DNA of 64,000 nucleotides from a bacterium (GCA_040390065.1 JAZJZE010000002.1:32931-96930); one strand, 5' to 3'; counted from the first letter of the stretch, positions 17,501-26,891 are shown. Numbers and translations are program-made. The notes: generated by a model from the letters alone, not told the origin.

Positions 17501-20107
17501 CCAGGGGTTCGTGAGCTTGAACTGGATCGAGTACGTCGTGGTCGCTCCGTCGAAGACCGAGGTCGGCGTTGCCGAAATTCCCGTCAGCGCGGCGACCGTG
17601 ATGCTTGCGGTTTGGCCGACTTGCGGCGGCGTCGTCAGGGCAGGCGTCGCATCGATTGCAGCGCCGGTGGACGTCTCGGTCTCCCACAGGAGGCCGTAGT
17701 TGCCCGGCACGGGGGGATTCTTGACGCCCGAAATGGTCAGGATGGCGCTGGAGCCGGGCGCGCAGTCCGACGCGGCTCCGCTGCGCTGGATGGTGACGAC
17801 CTGGGTCGTGCCGACGCGCGTCGCTGTGAACGTCCCCGAGAAACAGGTCGCCCCCGTCGTGCCCACGCTGGGCGACATGCCGGCGAGGTCGACTTGGGAC
17901 GGGAACGTGACCTTCGCCATGCCCGTGGACGGCCATTGGTTGACCAACGTGAATGCGATGCTGTACGCCGCCGTGGATCCTGCCGTCGACGGGATCGGCA
18001 CGACCGAGGAGGGCCCGTCCGAGAAGGTTGCTGCAACGTACGTGATGGCCGCCGCCGTGCCGACGTCAATATCCGCGCCGAGAGCGGTGCGCGTGCGTAG
18101 CGTGAAGGGGCCTGCAACGCCGGAGAACGGCTGGTTGGTGACGCCCGAGATTTCCACCGCCAGGGGCGTGCCAGCGACACAACCGGTGCCGCCCGTGCGG
18201 GCCGCCATCTTGACGGTGCCCGGGGCAACGAGGCTGAAGATGGTGGCGCCGTTCGTCACGCCGTTCAGGCATCCCGAGGCCGGCACGATGAGGGCGGCGC
18301 CGGAGACGCCAAGCGACGTCGGCAAGCCCGAGATCCAGAGTTCATCCGTCGTGGTCCACAAGTTGGCGGGCGTGAATTCGAGGCGGTAGGTGACCGGGTT
18401 CTTCCCCGCCGTGTAATCCGAGAGCCACGCGGCAGTCGCCGTGAGCACCCCCGGGTTAATCGTGATCGTGCCGGTCCCGTAGTCGATTTCGGGGACGCCG
18501 GCGGTCATCGTCTTGATGTTGCCCGACGTCAACGCTCCGAAGTCCTGGAGGCCGCCGTAACGGGGATTGCGGATGCCTCCCAGCGTCAACGTCCATGCGC
18601 CCCGGGAGCAGACTGCGGGGACGTTCGTGCCGCTCGTAGCGCGCGTCACCGTGATGACGTGGAGGCTGGTGATGGTAACAGGGAACACGCCGGTCGTGCA
18701 GCCGGTCACCGTGGCCGGCGTAGTCACGCCCGACAGGATGACGTCATCGGGGAAGGTGAACTGGATGCGGCCGTCCATCGGCAGGGCGTTTGCGCTCGTC
18801 CAGGCGAATTCCCAGGAAGAAAGGACGCCTGCGACGGCCGGGGTGGGCGTCGTCGTGATGGTGACCCCCGACAGCGTGCCGACGGTCATCAGCGGCGAGA
18901 CCCCCGCCACATTGGTGTCCACGAGGCCGTCGAGGATCGTGATGACGCTGCCAGCCGCCTGGGCGCCGGTCGCGCTCTGCGACATGGTGACGCTCGAGGC
19001 GCTCGTGAACGAGATGATCGTCGTGCCAGAAGGGATGTTCGGGCCCATGACGAGGCGACCGACGTCCGCGGCGGTGAAGACGGCGCCTGCGGCGCTGCCG
19101 AGGGCGGGCGACAGGTTCGCGGTGGTGCCGTCGACGAAGCCGCGCTGCGACCCCGTCGAGGTGAAGGTGCGGATGGTGAAGGCTCCAGGTTGGGCCGCAA
19201 CGCCCGGATTCGTGACACCACTGACGGTCACGGACAGAACCTGGCCGGGGGTGCAGGCGCCGCCGGGGACGCGCGTCAAGGTGATGGTCGGAACCGTCAA
19301 GACGGCCGGTCCGGCGGGCGTCGGGCTGATGTTGGCGCCCACTGCGCTCAACGTGCCAGTCACGCAGCTGCCGCCGCTTGCCGTCGGCGTCGCGGCCAAG
19401 GCGTAGGGCTGCGGCGTGTAGTCGTTGGGGAATTGGATGACCATCTTGCCATTGGCAGGCCACGTCCCGGCCCCGGTTTCGGTGAAGGTGTAGGTCGTGA
19501 CCGCCCCGGCAACCGGCGTCGCCGGGAGGGTCGAGATGCTGCCAGAGGAGAACGCACCGTTGATCACGATGCTCGCCGTCGCCGAGTCGATCGTGGCGCC
19601 GCCGGCGTTGCGCGTGCGCATGTCGATGACGTACGGGCCCGATGCGGCAGGGTTGTCGAGTCCACCGAAGCCGATGGTGGCGATGGCGCCGGCCGGACAG
19701 GCACCGCCGTCGTTGGAACGCGTAAGGAGGATGCGGCCCGGCAGCGAGAAGTCGGGGGCTGCCAGGGTGCCCGCGCCAGGGGCGGCGCATGCCGTGCCCG
19801 ACATTGCGAAGGAGACGGCGCCGGATGCAGTGTCCGCCCAGGCGGCCGGGAATTGGATGAGCAAGTCGCCGTTGGCGTCCCAGCTGCTTGCGAGCTTGAG
19901 CGAGAAGAGGTGCGTCGGAGTCGCGCCCGCGGCCAGGTTGCTGGGGACGTCGAACGGCTGCGTGCCCGACTGCGCAAGCGCGCCGGCTTGGGCGCCAGGG
20001 GCGGTCAGGACGAGGACGGCCAAGGTGGCCACGACGGCCAGTCCGAGGACGGCGAACAGGCCAGTGCGTTCATTCGACATGACGTCGGGGGGCGACCCGG
20101 ACCACAT
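14564..20107 (-). CDS. giant (about 1840 aa) surface protein with many tandem Ig-like/Big modules and a PGF-CTERM archaeal sorting signal
   Basis: Signal peptide (LFAVLGLAVVATLAVLVLTAPGAQA). About 90-100-aa repeated modules ending in ...SGVTNP.../...GVKNP... Big-like domains (VTWAKTSGAGILGATTSVTDDSGIATAQITT). C-terminus TPTPTPSGSSTTGKGSPGFELVGLLVGLAAVGLLARRKA: a Thr/Pro linker then PGF, hydrophobic helix and basic tail (archaeosortase ArtA-type signal). Confidence 0.8.
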   Translation of the reverse strand: MWSGSPPDVMSNERTGLFAVLGLAVVATLAVLVLTAPGAQAGALAQSGTQPFDVPSNLAAGATPTHLFSLKLASSWDANGDLLIQFPAAWADTASGAVSFAMSGTACAAPGAGTLAAPDFSLPGRILLTRSNDGGACPAGAIATIGFGGLDNPAASGPYVIDMRTRNAGGATIDSATASIVINGAFSSGSISTLPATPVAGAVTTYTFTETGAGTWPANGKMVIQFPNDYTPQPYALAATPTASGGSCVTGTLSAVGANISPTPAGPAVLTVPTITLTRVPGGACTPGQVLSVTVSGVTNPGVAAQPGAFTIRTFTSTGSQRGFVDGTTANLSPALGSAAGAVFTAADVGRLVMGPNIPSGTTIISFTSASSVTMSQSATGAQAAGSVITILDGLVDTNVAGVSPLMTVGTLSGVTITTTPTPAVAGVLSSWEFAWTSANALPMDGRIQFTFPDDVILSGVTTPATVTGCTTGVFPVTITSLHVITVTRATSGTNVPAVCSRGAWTLTLGGIRNPRYGGLQDFGALTSGNIKTMTAGVPEIDYGTGTITINPGVLTATAAWLSDYTAGKNPVTYRLEFTPANLWTTTDELWISGLPTSLGVSGAALIVPASGCLNGVTNGATIFSLVAPGTVKMAARTGGTGCVAGTPLAVEISGVTNQPFSGVAGPFTLRTRTALGADIDVGTAAAITYVAATFSDGPSSVVPIPSTAGSTAAYSIAFTLVNQWPSTGMAKVTFPSQVDLAGMSPSVGTTGATCFSGTFTATRVGTTQVVTIQRSGAASDCAPGSSAILTISGVKNPPVPGNYGLLWETETSTGAAIDATPALTTPPQVGQTASITVAALTGISATPTSVFDGATTTYSIQFKLTNPWPIGGLFKVDFGTTPGTFDLGALGTIATVTGCDGTFAVTHTTTVATITRSGGTACAAGTTVTMTLTGVKNPGVAGVQTFTSPTAFSTWTSATPGPSVKVDQGPAAASPVTVSILPSALTSVSLSPSTPAAGVTSSYTFQFTLANDWPNNGLFTATFPAGYGVVVAGPGSLAATLSGNPCTTGDTFLMDALSTGSGSAGGTALFDRAAGAKCLAGTSLTVTITAGITNPAGPQSSFIPFQTTTSSGGIIDTGGVAITTGPATPVVIGADHLDPGVAATYTFLIGSTSTWPATGSLGISFFEKTPPGPYASPRWVSDSAFVTGGTTTVTSALNLFLDSDVGKPVTGWNVPTGTTVAAVAAGGGSITLSQSTLPFASAGGVTIWAAPPVAIVTGCSGTYYVTSFYYEMLIMRAGDGAPCPPGTITAQLSGIVNPSGTGRTGMIEVRLIAPGVVLEEHFGSVFISQPASDIVSPASTFVGVPGNRSLVLQVKIRDASGNGVAGRTVTWAKTSGAGILGATTSVTDDSGIATAQITTDGPASATAPALTVTASANNAQGAALTNSPIIFKVNPLGVSGNGGPVIARLNVTATPATVSADVGQVTLSAVAFDDLGRSLGDVTSTTTFTVDNGGACATGNVCNGLTKAGVHNVTGNNLGITGKFSLTVTPGVAKKITAHPFTAANNAPGTSQALQAKVSDAFENGVPGVTVTWAVTSGGGSIAPTSGPSSSSGLASATVTTGTTAGANTVTAAAAGLTNSPVTFTVTSATPSALTITPGTFTFGAGGSRPLQATLKDANGKGITGATLTWSATDGSLSAQLSTTDANGQATVTFSSRSIGTATITARSGSLSGTTTATTIAGPLGRLEVTPAGATVGVGVPKTFSVSGFDAFDNPLASAQSGARFDMMPDGTCSGSTCTATAPGTHTVTVFKDGVTGFTLLQVTGEATPTPTPSGSSTTGKGSPGFELVGLLVGLAAVGLLARRKA

Positions 20108-20286
20108 GGGTCAAACGACTCGCGCGCCCCTACTTAAGGTCTTATGGAGGATTCGGTGGCTGCCTGGACAGGGGAAATCCTCGGGTTTTTCCGGCCTGGA
20201 AATTCTATTGGCCGGCTGGATGGGGTTGCGGCCGCGGTCAGGGCCCCGGCCTGAAACGCTTTCTCGGGGCCGGGCGTCCGAAGGGC

Positions 20287-21225
20287 GTGTCCGTTTGCTC
20301 GAAGTGCCGCTCGCCGAGCGTCATCTTCCTGCGTTATGCCGGGACGCACTTGTGTCGCGAGCACTTCCTCGAATTCTTCGCGCGGCGCGCCAAACTCGAG
20401 ATCGCTCGGCAAGGCCGTCTGCCCGAAGGGACAGTCGCCGTCGCGCTGTCGGGCGGCAAGGATTCCGTCTCGGTCCTGCACTTCCTGCACCAGATGCTCG
20501 GCGGCCGCCCCGGCATCCGGCTCGTCGCCGTCACCGTCGATGAGGGGATCGCGGGCTACCGCGACTCGGCCCTGGACATCTGCCGCGAGGTGACGAAGCG
20601 TCTTGGCGTCCCATGGACACTCGTGAAGACGGAGGAGCTTGCGGGCTACTCCATCGACCAGTACGCGGCAGGAACGCACGGACCCGGGGGCGAGTCGCAC
20701 ACGAATGCCCCGCGGGCGGCGTGTGGCCCTTGCGGTGTCTTCCGGCGCGTTGGCATGAACCGACTTGCACGCGACGCGGGGGCATCCGCCATCGTGACCG
20801 GCCACAACCTTGACGACCAGGCGCAGACCATCCTGATGAACCACCTCAAGGGCGACCTGGACCGGGCCTCGCGGATGGCGCCCCATGACCAAGGCGATCG
20901 CCATGATGGCCTTGTGCCGCGACTCATGCCGTTTCGGACGATCCCCGAGAAGGAAGTCCTCCTGTACGCCGTGCTGAACGACTTGCCACTGCACCATGAG
21001 GCGGAGTGTCCCTACGCCGAGCGCAGCCAGCGCTTCGCCTTGCGCGATGTCTTGACCAGCCTGGAAGAAAGGACGCCCGGGACGCGACATGCGCTCGTGC
21101 GTGGGCAGGACCGGTTGCAACCGATTCTCCTGGCGGCGCTGCCGAAGACTCCGCTTGCGTCATGCCCGGAGTGCGGCGAGGCGACGAGCGGGGAGCGCTG
21201 CATGGCATGCGCCCTACGCGCCTGA
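20287..21225 (+). CDS. ncsA: tRNA 2-thiolation PP-loop ATPase, NcsA/TtuA (Ncs6/Ctu1) family
   Basis: PP-loop SGGKDS. N-terminal CxxC...CxxH and C-terminal CPECG...CMAC zinc fingers. Central CGPCG cysteines typical of the Fe-S-binding TtuA/NcsA architecture. Confidence 0.75.
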   Translation: MSVCSKCRSPSVIFLRYAGTHLCREHFLEFFARRAKLEIARQGRLPEGTVAVALSGGKDSVSVLHFLHQMLGGRPGIRLVAVTVDEGIAGYRDSALDICREVTKRLGVPWTLVKTEELAGYSIDQYAAGTHGPGGESHTNAPRAACGPCGVFRRVGMNRLARDAGASAIVTGHNLDDQAQTILMNHLKGDLDRASRMAPHDQGDRHDGLVPRLMPFRTIPEKEVLLYAVLNDLPLHHEAECPYAERSQRFALRDVLTSLEERTPGTRHALVRGQDRLQPILLAALPKTPLASCPECGEATSGERCMACALRA

Positions 21226-21322
21226 GCGGCCCATCAAACGAAACAACCGACGCAACAGACGGCCCGCTGATTCGGTTGCCTCAGGTACATCGGTTGATGG
21301 ACCGGGCGATGCGATGAGGGGG

Positions 21323-22504
21323 CTACTGCGTGGCCGCCGTCGTGGCACCCATCTTCCCCGTGCACGGGTTGAGGTGGTGGCCCGAGTTGGGGCCAGGAAG
21401 GACGCAGCCGCTGGGCAGGTCGACGTCGATGGAGTGGTACCCGATGCCTTCGGTCAGGACGAGGCCGGGCCCGATGGCTTGGTGGTCGAGTTTCCAGGTT
21501 CCGGTGGGGTCGCCCGTGCCGAAGAAGACGATCTTGAGGCCGCTCTCGCCCGCGCCGGAATGGACGGAGTACACAGTGCCGTTGGGCGAGGTCACCGTCT
21601 CCGTGTAGTCACCGACGCCGGGGGATTGTGCGGGCAGGCCGGGCACGATGAAGTTGGTGAGGTCGCCGACGAGGATGGTGAACGCGAGGTGGTCGTAGCC
21701 GGGCTGGACGTCGACGGTTTCGCTTGCGGCCGCTGGCTTGGGGTCCTGCGTGGGGCTGGTCTGCGCGTTCCATGGTCCGAGGCGGCCGTTCTGGAACACG
21801 AGGTCATGCGCATGGGGGACACGCACGACGCCGTGGTAGCCGTAGCCGTGTGCCGCGACTTCGACGGTTGCGTAGTTGGGGTCGTCGAGGCGCACGACTT
21901 CGCCGGTCTCGGCGTCGTACGTCGCGGTCCAGTTGAAGGAGCCGTTGGCGGTGTCCTCGAAGTGGATCGTGGCCTTTCCGTCGGCTGCGGCAGTGACGAG
22001 GGCATGGCCGGGCCGGCCTTCGAAGGCGGAGTCCCAGCGCTTGCCGGTCGCCAGGGGGAAGTCGAGGATCTTCATGCCGACGTCGTGCACTTCGAAGGAG
22101 AGGTCCTTCTGGTCGATGTCGCCATAGCCGGGCACGTGCAGGACGAGTGCGTCGTTGGAGAAGCCGTCGATGGGGAAGCCGACGAGATACTGGGTGCCGA
22201 AGGTGCCGGCGACGACGCGCTTGATGTGCAGCACGTGTCCCGCGAAGTGGTCCGTGACCGTGTACTCCCACCATTCGCCGAGGCGCCATTGCGGCGGCGC
22301 CTGAAGCGTGCGCTCTCCCGGTGCGGGCGGTGTGGCGTTGAGGATGGGGATGTCCACCTTGTTGGCGCCGCCGTCGTCGTACTGCAGCAGGACGCCTCCC
22401 GTGTTGGACTGCTCCGTCGTCCCGCCGGTGCATCCGGCGACGAGGAGGACGACAAGGGCAAGGATTGCGCCGCGCACAGCCGGCAAGGCCGGGCGTTCGT
22501 TCAT
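21323..22504 (-). CDS. secreted lipoprotein, unknown function
   Basis: N-terminal signal with lipobox-like LLVAGC. No recognisable catalytic motifs. Confidence 0.5.
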   Translation of the reverse strand: MNERPALPAVRGAILALVVLLVAGCTGGTTEQSNTGGVLLQYDDGGANKVDIPILNATPPAPGERTLQAPPQWRLGEWWEYTVTDHFAGHVLHIKRVVAGTFGTQYLVGFPIDGFSNDALVLHVPGYGDIDQKDLSFEVHDVGMKILDFPLATGKRWDSAFEGRPGHALVTAAADGKATIHFEDTANGSFNWTATYDAETGEVVRLDDPNYATVEVAAHGYGYHGVVRVPHAHDLVFQNGRLGPWNAQTSPTQDPKPAAASETVDVQPGYDHLAFTILVGDLTNFIVPGLPAQSPGVGDYTETVTSPNGTVYSVHSGAGESGLKIVFFGTGDPTGTWKLDHQAIGPGLVLTEGIGYHSIDVDLPSGCVLPGPNSGHHLNPCTGKMGATTAATQ

Positions 22505-22530
22505 GAGCGTTGCGTCTGCGGAGCGAAGCC

Positions 22531-23583
22531 CTAGGTCCGTGAAGGCTGGACCAGGAAGAAGACTTGGAGGTAGTAGTGTGCGGGGAGGCCGGACCCGTCG
22601 TCGACGACTGCCATGAAGGTGCGGCCGGTGGCGTTGAGGTTGGGGTCGTAGAATCGCAGTGCCTCGCGCTCGTACGGCGAGTTGGACTCAGCGAGGAACG
22701 CCCCACTCGCGTCGAGGAGTTGCAAATCAAGGTCGGTGGGGACGCCATTGGTGCCGTTGGCGGACACGACGACGACCATGCCGCGCGCGTCGGCGGGGAC
22801 GAGGATTGGAATTGGCGGGCTCGAGCTGGCCGAACCGCCGCCCACCGCGACTCCGGGCCCGAGTGAGCCTTCCTGGTGGGGGCCGGCCAGGATGGAGTTG
22901 GTCGTGCGGTTCCACGGGGCGACGACGGGGTGGACGTGCGAATTCTTGTCGCCGCCGACGTCGAGGTAGAGTGGCGCCGCCGCGGACTGCGAGCCTTGCA
23001 CGGCAACGAGGAAAACGGGACGGGCTCCTGCGGGGATGCCGACGCCTCCTGGCGTGAGGGCCGTGTCGTTGATGCGGACGTCGAAGCGCGTCCCGGCCTG
23101 CTGCAAGGCGACGCGGGCTTGGCCGTTGACGGGGAAGGATGGCGCGGCGGCTGCGTCGTCGGGCAAGTCGTAGCCGAACCAGACCTCGACGCCGCCGAAG
23201 TCCTGCAAGTCACCGGTCCACGCCTGGCTGGTCTCGAAGATGAGGTGGACGGTGAAGTTGGACATCCAGACCGCTGTCGCGACCGGCTGGCCCGTGAAGC
23301 GCAGGAGGTCGCGCTCGTGCGTCGGGTCGCTGCCGCCGGAGATGGCAATCTGGCCGGAGGTCACGTTCGCGGCGACGAGGCCGTAGGACGTATCCAGGTT
23401 CCACGTGAGGCGGACGGGGGCGATGGGAGCCGTTGCGTTGCTGATTGCGCCGTGCAGGGGAGGTCCCGTCGCGGACGTGGACGCATCCTGCGTCGGCGAC
23501 GACGATGAGCAGCCGGCAAGCAGCAGGCCCAAGAGCAGTCCGACGACGGCCTTCACGCGGCTGGAGGCGGCAGCGAGGGTCAT
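22531..23583 (-). CDS. secreted lipoprotein, unknown function, rich in N-glycosylation sequons
   Basis: Start taken at MTLAAASSRVKAVVGLLLGLLLAGC (lipobox), not the most upstream start of the ORF. Ser-rich linker follows. At least seven N-x-S/T sequons (NATAP, NVTSG, NFTVH, NDTAL, NRTTN, NGTNG, NATGR). Confidence 0.5.
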   Translation of the reverse strand: MTLAAASSRVKAVVGLLLGLLLAGCSSSSPTQDASTSATGPPLHGAISNATAPIAPVRLTWNLDTSYGLVAANVTSGQIAISGGSDPTHERDLLRFTGQPVATAVWMSNFTVHLIFETSQAWTGDLQDFGGVEVWFGYDLPDDAAAAPSFPVNGQARVALQQAGTRFDVRINDTALTPGGVGIPAGARPVFLVAVQGSQSAAAPLYLDVGGDKNSHVHPVVAPWNRTTNSILAGPHQEGSLGPGVAVGGGSASSSPPIPILVPADARGMVVVVSANGTNGVPTDLDLQLLDASGAFLAESNSPYEREALRFYDPNLNATGRTFMAVVDDGSGLPAHYYLQVFFLVQPSRT

Positions 23584-23914
23584 GAGGATTCCGCCGAGGC
23601 CGGGGGCAACACACGCACACGGAAACAGGATACATCGCACCCGGCGAGGGGCCGAGCCCGCCGGAGCGAAGCGAACGGCGGGCGAGTGGGGTTGGGCTCA
23701 AGCGGGCCCAAGCGAAGCGCGGGCAAGCGTGGGCCGCCGGGGGCGCGTTGCGGAACGCCCTGGACAAGCCCCTGCGAGCGCAGGTGCGCGAGCCCTTGGG
23801 GGCCGTGGGGGCCGAAATGCCCTCCGCCGGGGGGAAACGCGCGGGGGGCGGGAAGCCCCCCGCCGCTATGTGGTGTCGAGCGCAGCGAGACATCACGAAG
23901 AAAATGATCGACCT

Positions 23915-23935
23915 GGTTGCAGGTCGAGTGCAACC
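23915..23935 (-). terminator. hairpin (GGTTGCA-n7-TGCAACC) followed on the minus strand by a T-rich tract (ATCATTTTCTTCG), about 120 nt downstream of ftsZ stop
   Basis: Inverted repeat read directly. On the transcribed (minus) strand the T-rich run immediately follows it. Archaeal intrinsic-terminator-like. Confidence 0.35.
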
Positions 23936-24052
23936 CCCGCCCCCGCCGTTGGGAGGAGCCGATGACCGTGGGAGGACAGCCATCAACGCGGCGGGGGCGG
24001 GTGTGCGGGGAGGAGGGAGGAGGAGAGGGAAGAGGGAGGCATCACGATGATT

Positions 24053-25252
24053 CTACTGCACGAAGTCGATGCCGCCGGTCGAGGGCGGGGCTTGTCCCCG
24101 GCCGCTGCGGCTGCCCATGCTGGTCGGGCGGTCGAACTTGAAGCCCTCGGGCTTGGCCGGTCCGCCGCTCGGGGTGCGAGCCGCGGCGCCCTTGCCGTTG
24201 GCCGTCTGCACCGCGTGCAGTTGCACGGGGGCGTTGGCCTGCTGCAGGTTCGGGGCGACTTCGATGGTGCTGATGCCGGTCATGATGGCCATGACGCGGC
24301 AGCGGCCCTCGAACTGGGGCAGCACGCGGGCGCCCCAGATGACGTTGGCCTGGGAGTCGAGTTCGTAGGTGAGTCCTTCGGCGACTTCCTCGGCGTGCTT
24401 GAGGGTGAGGTCGGGGCCGCCGGTGATGTGGATGAGGGCGCCGGTCGCGCCGCGGTAGTCCACGTCCAGAAGCGGGTGGTTGAGTGCCTCGGAGACGACC
24501 GACGAGGGGCCGTCGGAGACCTTGGATTCGCCCCAGAGCATGACGGCGACGCCGCCTTCGCCCATGATGGCCTTCACGTCGGCGTAGTCCAGGTTGATGA
24601 GGGACGGCTGGGTGATGGTCTCGCTGATGCCCTTGACGGTCTCCGCGATGAGTTGGTCCATGACCGAGAAGGCCTGGTCGATCGGGAGGTTGGGGACGTA
24701 GTTCAGCAGGCGGTTGTTGTCGAGGACGATGACCGAGTCGGCGCGGCTGCGCAGCTTCTGCAGGCCTTCGTCGCCGCGGATGATGCGGGCGCGCTCGACG
24801 TTGAACGGCGTCGACACCATGCCGACGACGATGGCGCCCATCTTCTTCGCGACGTCCGCGACGACGGGGGCGGTGCCGGTGCCCGTGCCGCCGCCCATGC
24901 CGGCCGTGATGAAGACGAGGTCCGCGCCCTTCAGCATCTCTTCGAGCTTGCCGCGGGCCTGTTCGGCGCAGCGCTCTGCGACCTCAGGGTAGCCGCCGGC
25001 GCCAAGTCCGCGGGTGATGGTCTTGCCGACCAGGAGCTTCTTGTCCGCCTCGACGAGGTCAAGCGCTTGCTTGTCCGTGTTGATGGCGATGGTCTCGGCG
25101 CCCTTCACGCCCACCTTGTGCAGGCGGTTGATCGTGTTGCCGCCTGCGCCGCCGCAGCCGACAATCACGATCTTCGGTTCGCCGAAGTTCTCGTACTCTT
25201 TGAGTTCCTGCTCTTGGGCGTACCCAACAGCGACTCCAATCAGGCTTTGCAT
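24053..25252 (-). CDS. ftsZ: cell division GTPase FtsZ (probably FtsZ2-type given the CdrS-like gene immediately upstream)
   Basis: [41 protein letters not shown] tubulin signature, NVERARI, DNNRLL. Start taken at MQSLIGV (25252) rather than the most upstream start of the ORF. Confidence 0.9.
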   Translation of the reverse strand: MQSLIGVAVGYAQEQELKEYENFGEPKIVIVGCGGAGGNTINRLHKVGVKGAETIAINTDKQALDLVEADKKLLVGKTITRGLGAGGYPEVAERCAEQARGKLEEMLKGADLVFITAGMGGGTGTGTAPVVADVAKKMGAIVVGMVSTPFNVERARIIRGDEGLQKLRSRADSVIVLDNNRLLNYVPNLPIDQAFSVMDQLIAETVKGISETITQPSLINLDYADVKAIMGEGGVAVMLWGESKVSDGPSSVVSEALNHPLLDVDYRGATGALIHITGGPDLTLKHAEEVAEGLTYELDSQANVIWGARVLPQFEGRCRVMAIMTGISTIEVAPNLQQANAPVQLHAVQTANGKGAAARTPSGGPAKPEGFKFDRPTSMGSRSGRGQAPPSTGGIDFVQ

Positions 25253-25387
25253 GGTGTGTTCAGCTCCTCCACTTGTTGACGCCGGTATGGCCGGACCTTG
25301 CCGGCATAGGGAATGAGGGGCCGGCGTCGGCCCCCCATCCCCCGAGTGCATCCCATCCCAGCCTTGTGAGGCGAGGACCGTGAAACC

Positions 25388-25648
25388 CTACTCGAGGCCA
25401 AGCTTCTGCTTGGTGGCCTTCTGGCGCGCCAGCTCTTGCTGGAGTTCCAGGACGCCCCGGCTCGACTCCATGATCTTCATCGCCTCCGAGCCCTTGGTGA
25501 ACAGGAGCTCCTTGATGGCGTTGTAGACCAGGTCGGTCGTGTTGCGGTACATGCCGGCGTGGACCAGGGCTTCCATTTGCTGGATCTGGTTCACGGGCAG
25601 GCGCACCGTGACGCGGTCGGACGGGTTCTTGGCGTGTTTTGCGGCCAT
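25388..25648 (-). CDS. cdrS: ribbon-helix-helix (CopG-like) DNA-binding protein, CdrS-like, immediately upstream of ftsZ
   Basis: 86 aa from MAAKHAKNP. RHH-compatible RVTVRLPVNQIQQMEALVHAGMYRNTTDLVYNAIKELL. Position directly upstream of and co-oriented with ftsZ matches the conserved euryarchaeal cdrS-ftsZ2 arrangement (established knowledge). Confidence 0.6.
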   Translation of the reverse strand: MAAKHAKNPSDRVTVRLPVNQIQQMEALVHAGMYRNTTDLVYNAIKELLFTKGSEAMKIMESSRGVLELQQELARQKATKQKLGLE

Positions 25649-25674
25649 TGTTTGACCTCTTGGGGCGCCGCAGT

Positions 25675-25747
25675 TGTCAGACAACTGTGGCTGGCAAAGG
25701 TCCACCCGCAGACCCATTCGGGCCTGTTTGTGGTCATTTGTCTGACA
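25675..25747 (-). promoter_or_regulatory. two TGTC-N-GACA palindromes (25675-25683 within the 17-bp palindrome CAGTTGTCAGACAACTG, and 25739-25747) upstream of cdrS; TTTAAATA-like A/T box at 25766-25773
   Basis: Read directly. The palindromes lie 27 and 91 nt upstream of the cdrS start and are spaced 64 bp apart. Candidate operator sites for an RHH dimer. Confidence 0.4.
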
Positions 25748-26039
25748 GTCCCATTGTCCCTGTGGTATTTAATGACTTGGGAAAAAACCGGGCGGCGAAA
25801 AGGCGCCGCCTCCTGTTGGATGCCCAACCATGGCCTTGCCTTGAACCTTCGTTTCCGATGGAGTCCATCGGAAATGGTGGTCCGCCGAGCTGCCGAATGG
25901 AGGCGTCTGAGGGAAGGCCGGCCCGCCAAGAACTGACCCATTGTGGGAGGGGGGAGCTGCAATCACGGAGCGGGCCGGACTTCCGACGACGAGGCCAAAG
26001 CCCGCCAAGCCGAAACCTTTGCCGCCAGGTCAGTGAAAC

Positions 26040-26891
26040 CTAGGGGCCCGCCGGCGGCAAGGGGACGCCAGGCGCCGCTGCACCCGACCGCAGCCACGCA
26101 CCGAACTCCGTCCAGTGCCGCAGGTAGTCGTCGCGCCACTTCTGCCGGTAGATGACCGCCGCCGGGTGCAGGCTGACGAAGATGGGCACGCCATCAGGGC
26201 CGGCCAGGAAGGTCCCGGCCAGGGCGGAGAAGGCCTCCGGGACGTGGCCGATCAAGCCCGACAGGCCGTGCCGGCCGAGCGCCACGATGACACGCGGGCG
26301 CAGCGCGGCGACTTGCGCCAGGAGGTACGGCCGGCACGCGCCTTTCTCGTCGTCCTTCGGATCGCGGTTGGCCGGCGGGCGGCACTTGACGATGCTCGTG
26401 ACGAAGCAGGCGCTTCGGTCGATGCCGGCAGCTGCGAGGGCGAGGTCCAGTTTCTTCCCGGCGGCGCCGCAGAAAGGCCGCCCCGTCTCGTCCTCGTTGC
26501 GGCCCGGCGCCTCGCCGACCAGCATGACGCCGCTTGCCCCCGTGCCTTCTCCCGGGACCGCATTCGTCCGCGTCTCGCAGAGCCGGCAAAGGCGGCAGGC
26601 CCGCACCGCGTCGGCCAGGCGCAGGAGGGCTGCGTCGTCGGGCACGCATCTCGCACAAGCGGACCCACCGATAACTTGGATGGACCCGTTGGACGACCGA
26701 TTCCGTCGGCAAAAGCCGGCCAAGGCACGCCCAGGTGGAAGGCGGGGCGACGGCGTAGCCGGGTCATGCAAAACCTTAGGCGACGGGCCGGCGGTCGGGA
26801 CGCGTGCGTCGCGCCGCCGGCTTGGCTCTCCTTCTGATCCTTCTGCCCGCGTGCTTGGGACCTGCCACCACCACCTCGACCAGCACGTCAC
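26040..26891 (-). CDS. udg: uracil-DNA glycosylase, family 4 (Fe-S type); true start probably internal (GTG/TTG) downstream of 26804
   Basis: Motifs CRLCRLCETRTNAVPGEGTGASGVMLVGEAPGRNEDETGRPFCGAAG, HPAAVIY. The N-terminal about 80 aa of the ORF overlap the divergent metallophosphatase gene and are likely not translated. Confidence 0.7.
   Translation of the reverse strand: MTCWSRWWWQVPSTRAEGSEGEPSRRRDARVPTAGPSPKVLHDPATPSPRLPPGRALAGFCRRNRSSNGSIQVIGGSACARCVPDDAALLRLADAVRACRLCRLCETRTNAVPGEGTGASGVMLVGEAPGRNEDETGRPFCGAAGKKLDLALAAAGIDRSACFVTSIVKCRPPANRDPKDDEKGACRPYLLAQVAALRPRVIVALGRHGLSGLIGHVPEAFSALAGTFLAGPDGVPIFVSLHPAAVIYRQKWRDDYLRHWTEFGAWLRSGAAAPGVPLPPAGP

Noticed and set aside
14460-19557. Plus-strand ORFs (14460-16298, 16697-18100, 18659-20137 and others) and alternative minus frames inside the PGF-CTERM giant gene
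   Set aside because: Composition-biased. Only one frame carries the signal peptide, Ig-like repeats and PGF-CTERM end to end.
21804-23348. 514-aa minus-strand ORF spanning both lipoprotein genes in another frame
   Set aside because: Thr/Arg/Pro/Ser-rich low-complexity. It contradicts the two frames that have clear lipobox signal peptides.
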